Source: an uncultured Planctomycetia bacterium
GTDB lineage: Bacteria > Omnitrophota > Gorgyraeia > Duberdicusellales > 4484-171
NCBI GenBank assembly: GCA_964536865.1
Contig: CAZHYN010000002.1
Location: 64,608 to 128,607 of the forward strand
DNA: 64,000 nt
Direction of reading: 5' to 3'
Of the stretch, positions 59,053 through 64,000 are shown in pieces. The translations under genes were made by a program, and so were the position numbers. A model generated the notes under the pieces. That model was not told the origin of the DNA. It saw only the letters and a program-made list of their open reading frames with translations, and did no database searches. Position 1 is the first letter of the stretch, and each line of letters begins with the position of its first letter.

Positions 59053-59604
59053 TTAAAAGAAAAAAGAAAAACCTATCAAAGCTAATTTAGCATCTATCCC
59101 TTTATTGGGCTTTTTGATTCCAGCGTTAGAAAGATGCCGGTAGCGATATTCTAAACTTATCGCTGAATTCTTACTAATAAAGTAGTGAAAACCTGCTCCT
59201 ATCTGAGGCAAGAAATTATATTGGCTACCCTGCTCACGAGTGTGCTGACTCATATAAACAACACCTACACCTCCCTTAAGATAAGGCTGTATATTCTTGG
59301 TAAAATTGAATCTGTATTTGGCAAGAAAATTTACCCCTCCTTCTAAATTTGGATCGGGCTGCACTATCAAAGTAGTAAACATCTCTACAATAAAGCTTAA
59401 GTGAGAGTTCCCTTTTAGGTCTATTCTCCTTAAAACTTCTTGGGAGGAGAAGTCAAACGAAAAGAAAAAAGGTATTCCTATGTAATCTTGCTTTTCATCC
59501 AAGGAAGCAGAAAGATATCCTGTAAAAACCTCTATCCCTTCCAAACAGAACCCTGCCCGAGGAATAAAAACAAAAAGAAGGAGAAGTAACGTTTTCTTCA
59601 CCAA
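59053..59604 (-). CDS. Outer-membrane beta-barrel, PagL-like lipid A deacylase candidate
   Basis: Signal peptide; alternating beta-strand pattern; C-terminal aromatic residue; RYRHLSNAG (HxSN) motif. Confidence 0.5.
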   Translation of the reverse strand: MVKKTLLLLLFVFIPRAGFCLEGIEVFTGYLSASLDEKQDYIGIPFFFSFDFSSQEVLRRIDLKGNSHLSFIVEMFTTLIVQPDPNLEGGVNFLAKYRFNFTKNIQPYLKGGVGVVYMSQHTREQGSQYNFLPQIGAGFHYFISKNSAISLEYRYRHLSNAGIKKPNKGIDAKLALIGFSFFF

Positions 59605-59691
59605 TCTCTCTCTTTCTTTAAGAATTAATTTTAAACTTTAAGCCAAACTGTGTCAAACGCTTTTTCTTTATCAAACGAGGTAAGACAAAAG

Positions 59692-60084
59692 TTACTTTCC
59701 CACCAAAATCTTATCTACCACCTCTATTAATTGCTCAGGGGTAAAGGGTTTAGCTAAGAGTTGATACTTTCCACCCGAAGGATAAAGTCTTCTTATCTCT
59801 TCTTCTCGAATTAAACAGGTGAGAAAGATAACAGGTATCTTTTTGGTCAAAAAATCTTCTTGAAGACTTTGAGCCATGGTAGTTCCATCCATTATTGGCA
59901 TAAGAATATCTAGGATGATTAAATCAGGAAGGATCTCTTTTGCTTTCTTTAACCCATCCTCTCCATTACGGGCACCTATTACTTGATAACCTTTTTGTGT
60001 AAGGATGCGCTCTACTGCCTCTACAATATAGGGTTCATCATCTACCACTAAAACTTTTTTTTCCACATTCACCTCCTTATCCAA
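59692..60084 (-). CDS. Stand-alone response regulator receiver
   Basis: VLVVDDEPYI...DLIILDILMP...KPF. Confidence 0.75.
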   Translation of the reverse strand: MDKEVNVEKKVLVVDDEPYIVEAVERILTQKGYQVIGARNGEDGLKKAKEILPDLIILDILMPIMDGTTMAQSLQEDFLTKKIPVIFLTCLIREEEIRRLYPSGGKYQLLAKPFTPEQLIEVVDKILVGK

Positions 60085-60105
60085 ATTAAATCTCTCATTT
60101 TATTG

Positions 60106-61164
60106 TCACTCTCCGATTTTAGTAAAATAGATAGTTTGGGTAGGATAGGCAAACTCTATACCACGTTTTTCGAATTCTTCTTTTATAGCAAAGTTAATTT
60201 CCTGTTGAATATCCATATATTTGTTATAATCACTTCCTATAACGTAATAAACTATCTCAAAAATTAGACTAAAATCACCATAAGAGAAAAAATGTGCCCT
60301 ATCAAAAACTGCATCCTTCACATTTTTAATAATACTCTCAATTATCTTAGGTATCTCTTTCAATTTTTCTAAGGGAGTACTATAAACTACCCCAATGCGA
60401 AAAAGAACCCTCCTTTTTTCCATACGTTTGTAGTTTCTTACCCGAGAATCGGTAAGGTCAGTATTGGAAAAAACTAACTGCTCCCCACTTAAGCTCCTTA
60501 TCCTGGTAGTCTTAGCCCCAATGTACTCTACCGTACCTAAGTAGTCATCAATGATAATAAAGTCTCCTACCTCAAAGGGACGATCAAAAATTATAGAGAA
60601 ATAGCTGAACAAATCTTTTAGGATTGCCTGAGCTGCTAAACCTACAGCTATGCCTCCAATTCCTAAACCAGCAATTACCGTAGAGATTTTAAACCCTAAG
60701 TTATCTAAGAAAAAGACGATAGCTAATCCCCAGATAACTACCCTGATCACCCTTAAAATCCCTTTAAGGCTCCGCTGTAACGCCACATCTTTACCTCGCT
60801 TTATCCAGTAAATCTCGAAAATATAACTTATAACTTCTCCCAGAAGACGAGCCCCTGCTAACGTTAAAATAGCTATTCCTAAAATATTAATTACTTTTCT
60901 TAAGTAGGGATGTAACTTCAGGATATTCACACTGATATAGAATGCCCCCCAATAAAGCAAAGGCAGACCAATTTTTTCTATGAGAGCTATGATGAAATCG
61001 TCAATAGTGGTTTTACTTTTCTGAGCCCATTCCTTAAGCCGCCTAAGAGCTATTCTCTTAAAGACTCTAATAATAAAAATTGCAACAGAAAGGGTAAGAA
61101 GAAAAATAAAATAACTTAATAAGTGATTACCAAAAAATGTAATGTCTAAAAAACTATCCCCCAT
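60106..61164 (-). CDS. MscS-family mechanosensitive channel
   Basis: TM helices, then the FEVGDFIIIDDYLGTVEYIGAKTTRIRSLSGEQL beta-domain. Confidence 0.8.
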   Translation of the reverse strand: MGDSFLDITFFGNHLLSYFIFLLTLSVAIFIIRVFKRIALRRLKEWAQKSKTTIDDFIIALIEKIGLPLLYWGAFYISVNILKLHPYLRKVINILGIAILTLAGARLLGEVISYIFEIYWIKRGKDVALQRSLKGILRVIRVVIWGLAIVFFLDNLGFKISTVIAGLGIGGIAVGLAAQAILKDLFSYFSIIFDRPFEVGDFIIIDDYLGTVEYIGAKTTRIRSLSGEQLVFSNTDLTDSRVRNYKRMEKRRVLFRIGVVYSTPLEKLKEIPKIIESIIKNVKDAVFDRAHFFSYGDFSLIFEIVYYVIGSDYNKYMDIQQEINFAIKEEFEKRGIEFAYPTQTIYFTKIGE

Positions 61165-61255
61165 CTTTTCCTCCTCCTTTTATCTTCAATCATTCCACTT
61201 AGAATTATCTTAATCGATGAAGGGAAAAATGTAAAGGTTATTAAAATGTTCCAGG

Positions 61256-62362
61256 CTACTTACTCATACTTCGCCAATAATTCTTAAGGAGCTTCTTAAG
61301 AGAAAAAACCATCTCTTTTGTCTCTTCTAACTTAAAATCAGGGCTAGGTAAGCTTCTCTCTTTAAAATCATCCAAATCAACTTCCTGATTCAATACGCCG
61401 GCAATTAGGGCGGTCCAGCAAAATGGTAAGAGCTCTTCATTGTATCCTGAGGTAACTAAATCTACGCTCTTACCTTGACAAACTTCTTCGGCTATCTCCC
61501 TGGTGTAGCTACCAATCATCTTAAAGCCATCAAGAGTTAATCCCAAATTAGTTAAATTATCTAAATAGTGGGGATCACTTCCTCCATACCTAATTATTAA
61601 TTGAGGAGAAAACTCTTTTGCTAAAGGAAAAATTATCTTCTCAAATAGATACTGATAAGACTTATTAGAAGCACCTATAGGAAGAGGTAAGTTAATAGTG
61701 AATCCTTTTCCCCTTCCCTCTCCTATTTGATGTATAAATCCTGTACCAGGATAAATTGTTGCGGGATTTTGATGTAAATCTATAAATAAAACGCAAGGGT
61801 CGTTATAGAAAAATTGAGCCACTCCATTCCCTGCGTGAGCATCGGTATCTAAAACTAAAATTCTTTCTAACTTATACTTTCGCTTAAGATTCTCTACACC
61901 TATAGCTATATCGTTATAAATGCAAAATCCTTCTCCAAAATCAGGCTGAGCGTGATGTAGCCCCCCTCCTATAACTATTGCCTTCTTTAAACTTCCCCTA
62001 ACCACCATCTCTAATGCTTCTACCGATGAGCCTACAATAACTCTGGCTGCCTCATCTATTCCTTGAGGAAATCTGCCTGTTAAGGGATTAATGTTATCAC
62101 TACTTAGGTAGCGAAAAAGGTAAGGAACTTCTATACCAGAAGAGGCACTTTTTACTACATCGATATAATCCTGAGTATGAACTAAACAAAGAAGTTGGTC
62201 ACTAGCGGGAGAAGCCAGTATGTGTTGAAAGTAATTTTTAAAATCTGGAAACCTTCCCTTAAAGAAATTTAAAAAAATCTCAAATCTTTTCCCCCTAAAG
62301 GGGTGACCTTCTCCAAAATCATATTTCTCTATCTCGGGATGGTAAAAGAAACCTGCTTCCAT
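61256..62362 (-). CDS. Histone deacetylase-family (arginase/deacetylase fold) protein, AcuC-like
   Basis: GGLHHAQPDFGEGFCIYNDIAIG catalytic region. Confidence 0.8.
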   Translation of the reverse strand: MEAGFFYHPEIEKYDFGEGHPFRGKRFEIFLNFFKGRFPDFKNYFQHILASPASDQLLCLVHTQDYIDVVKSASSGIEVPYLFRYLSSDNINPLTGRFPQGIDEAARVIVGSSVEALEMVVRGSLKKAIVIGGGLHHAQPDFGEGFCIYNDIAIGVENLKRKYKLERILVLDTDAHAGNGVAQFFYNDPCVLFIDLHQNPATIYPGTGFIHQIGEGRGKGFTINLPLPIGASNKSYQYLFEKIIFPLAKEFSPQLIIRYGGSDPHYLDNLTNLGLTLDGFKMIGSYTREIAEEVCQGKSVDLVTSGYNEELLPFCWTALIAGVLNQEVDLDDFKERSLPSPDFKLEETKEMVFSLKKLLKNYWRSMSK

Positions 62363-62443
62363 CTAATAAGACTATTCTTATAAAGCAACCTAACTCCTAT
62401 ACATTAAAAATTTTCCTCCCTGTGCTATTTTGCAGAAAAAAAA

Positions 62444-62974
62444 TTACTTAGATGGCATTTTCTCTTCTACTTTATAAACTCTATCGTTAGGATGTACTTT
62501 TTGGATAACTTTAATCCCTATCTCCCTACCTTTAGGGGCATAGGAAATATCTTTGTGGTTAAGCTGCATGGAGTTAACAGTCTGAATGAAATCGTCGTGG
62601 GCTCCCTTTATATGGATTCTCTCACCGATTCTTAATGGCTTTTTAAGTTTAATCACCCCTACAGATATTTTTCCAAAATAGTGAGTGATTATGCCTATTT
62701 CTTCTTCTCTCTTTTTTTTAGATTTCTTTAAGACTTTTTTAACTTTGAAAGAAGGTTTCTTATAAATTCTTTTTGTTTTCTTGTAGGGTCTTCTTACTTT
62801 CCCCTTAGTTCTTTTTACTTTGCGGAGAGGTTTTTTGTATTTTACCTTTCTTGTTTTAAATTTAGTCCTTTTAGAACTCTTCTTTTTAGATTTTCTAGAT
62901 TTTCGGATAACTTTTCTTTCTTTGGCTGGATTAAACAACCTTCTCCAGAAATCAAGAAATCCCATATTCTCCAA
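62444..62974 (-). CDS. Protein with highly basic Lys/Arg-rich N-terminal half (~100 aa) and a C-terminal beta-barrel-like domain (possibly EF-Tu domain-2-like)
   Basis: KKKSSKRTKFKTRKVKYKKPLRKVKRTKGKVRRPYKK...; C-terminal G.ISVGVIKLKKPLRIGERIHIKG pattern. Confidence 0.4.
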   Translation of the reverse strand: MENMGFLDFWRRLFNPAKERKVIRKSRKSKKKSSKRTKFKTRKVKYKKPLRKVKRTKGKVRRPYKKTKRIYKKPSFKVKKVLKKSKKKREEEIGIITHYFGKISVGVIKLKKPLRIGERIHIKGAHDDFIQTVNSMQLNHKDISYAPKGREIGIKVIQKVHPNDRVYKVEEKMPSK

Positions 62975-63590
62975 AAGTTTGCCTTATAGAAATTATATCC
63001 CCCTAAGTCATTTTTTTAAAGATAATTTTAACAGAAAATACTACCAAAATAATCAGGAGGGGTTTAGCGGATATCCTATACTCGAAGGCTCTCTATAAAT
63101 AAATATAATGTAAATCCTTTGGGAAAAACAAACGAGCTTTATTTTCTGTTTTTGTAATAAATTCAAAAGTTTTCGTAATCCTGTGGCACAATTATATAAC
63201 AAATATTTTGGTGCCAAAACGTTTATAATTACCTAATTTTTTATATCCAAAACCTTACAGAGCGGAATAAGTGTTTCTAAAGTTAAATTTACTTTCCCTT
63301 TTTCTATTCAAGTTAACTTTATATTATAAGCAAGGCTTTTATTGTAAACTTAGGCTCTTTTAAGACAAACCTCTTAAATTAAATAACCACACCTCCTCCT
63401 TTTCCTTTTTCTTTCTGCTCGCCCCTCAAGTGACCCTGTGCTGAAAGCTTCACAGCCAAATAAAGCGGGGACACAGGTTACGATACAGAGATGAGGCTAC
63501 TATTTATAAGATAAACCTCACAATACATTGATAGTGCTTACCAATATTAAGAGTGAGGTGGTTTTTGGGGTGCTTGACAAAGTTTAATCT

Positions 63591-63875
63591 CTAACACATA
63601 AATACTATGGATGTTTTGGGAACCTTGAAAAGAGTAGGTATTTCTATCCCTTTCTCTTTTGCTTTTCTGTAAACTGCCTTGGCATTGTAATCGCTTAAGA
63701 TTACTTTATTTAAGATTACTTTATTATCAGAAGAAAGAGCAACCCACTTTCCTCTGTATTTAGTCAACAATATCTTATCGAAATCATTATTTCTCTTCAA
63801 AAAATTTACCTTTTTAAACATCTTAGATAGAGATTTTATTAAAGTATTTTTTGATATAGTTGCAGAGAATCTCAA
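63591..63875 (-). CDS. Hypothetical small protein (DUF5678-like, tentative)
   Basis: YRGKWVALSSDNKVI...AKEKGIEIPTLFKVP pattern. Confidence 0.35.
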   Translation of the reverse strand: MRFSATISKNTLIKSLSKMFKKVNFLKRNNDFDKILLTKYRGKWVALSSDNKVILNKVILSDYNAKAVYRKAKEKGIEIPTLFKVPKTSIVFMC

Positions 63876-64000
63876 TAGAAATTATCTTTTTAGCCTATTT
63901 TCAAAATAATAAACTAATATCAAAGCAGGTGCTATAAGTAAAAAAATTATATAAATAAAAAAATGGTTCTTCTTCATTTTTGTCTCTTGATTAACTTATA

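Noticed and set aside
62975-63590. Possible tRNA/tmRNA/rRNA in the ORF-free AT-rich stretch
   Set aside because: No GGTTCGA T-arm, no CCA-ending acceptor stem, and no 16S/23S-like conserved blocks were recognisable. Only the small GC island is reported, as a low-confidence finding.
63878-63977. 33-aa minus-strand ORF MKKNHFFIYIIFLLIAPALILVYYFENRLKR at the window end
   Set aside because: Too short and unsupported to call. It could be a small membrane peptide but there is no evidence beyond hydrophobicity.

Overview
This is an AT-rich (roughly one-third GC), very gene-dense bacterial window. Nearly every gene is on the minus strand, and Arg/Lys codon use points to a thermophile. LPS genes (kdtA, lpxK, an LpxL-like gene, a heptosyltransferase array) indicate a diderm cell. 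No rRNA, tRNA, CRISPR array or transposase was found.

The content falls into six blocks:
- **RNA-end metabolism (1-4200):** rtcA (truncated by the window edge), a macro-domain/Nudix fusion, the CCA-adding enzyme and a phosphoesterase.
- **Housekeeping (4189-16984):** nrdR, dCMP deaminase, glyA, rpiB, a TsaC/YwlE-like phosphatase fusion, then purE-purD-purM-purQ-purSL-purB, MarC and an M48 peptidase.
- **Mixed small genes (16984-22006):** genes such as a thermonuclease, a HAD/hydrogenase-maturation-protease fusion, J-domain, UDG family 4, an HD hydrolase and a frameshifted DUF59 remnant. An 880-bp ORF-free regulatory region with structured repeats follows at 22007-22624.
- **Fur-family regulator with metallocluster cluster (25561-31961):** two identical perfect-palindrome boxes, TTGAAAAT[C/G]ATTTTCAA, flank the regulator gene. 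Downstream lie Mrp/NBP35, two MinD-like ATPases with ferredoxin inserts, two NifX-like (Nitro_FeMo-Co) proteins and ferredoxins. The same stretch carries a run of small proteins with an aromatic/Gly/Met low-complexity segment and a shared C-terminal coiled-coil tail. This is the best candidate for an undescribed system.
- **LPS core/lipid A block (32306-42495):** kdtA, lpxK, an LpxL-ELM1 fusion, a GT4-GT9 fusion, GT4 and three GT9 genes, followed by xerC, topA, dprA and aroK.
- **Chemosensory pathway (47092-57372):** cheA, B, R, D, two cheY, three CheC-like genes and an MCP, with no separate CheW. The only visible output-type gene is a receiver-GGDEF protein, and PilZ and ComFB-family genes sit inside the operon.

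The tail of the window holds acyl-CoA dehydrogenase, GNAT, a PagL-like protein, MscS and an HDAC-family deacetylase. Two copies of a GC-rich hairpin repeat lie in intergenic DNA. Two sigma70-like promoters share a GGGGAAACTCCAG motif at identical spacing upstream of the -35.
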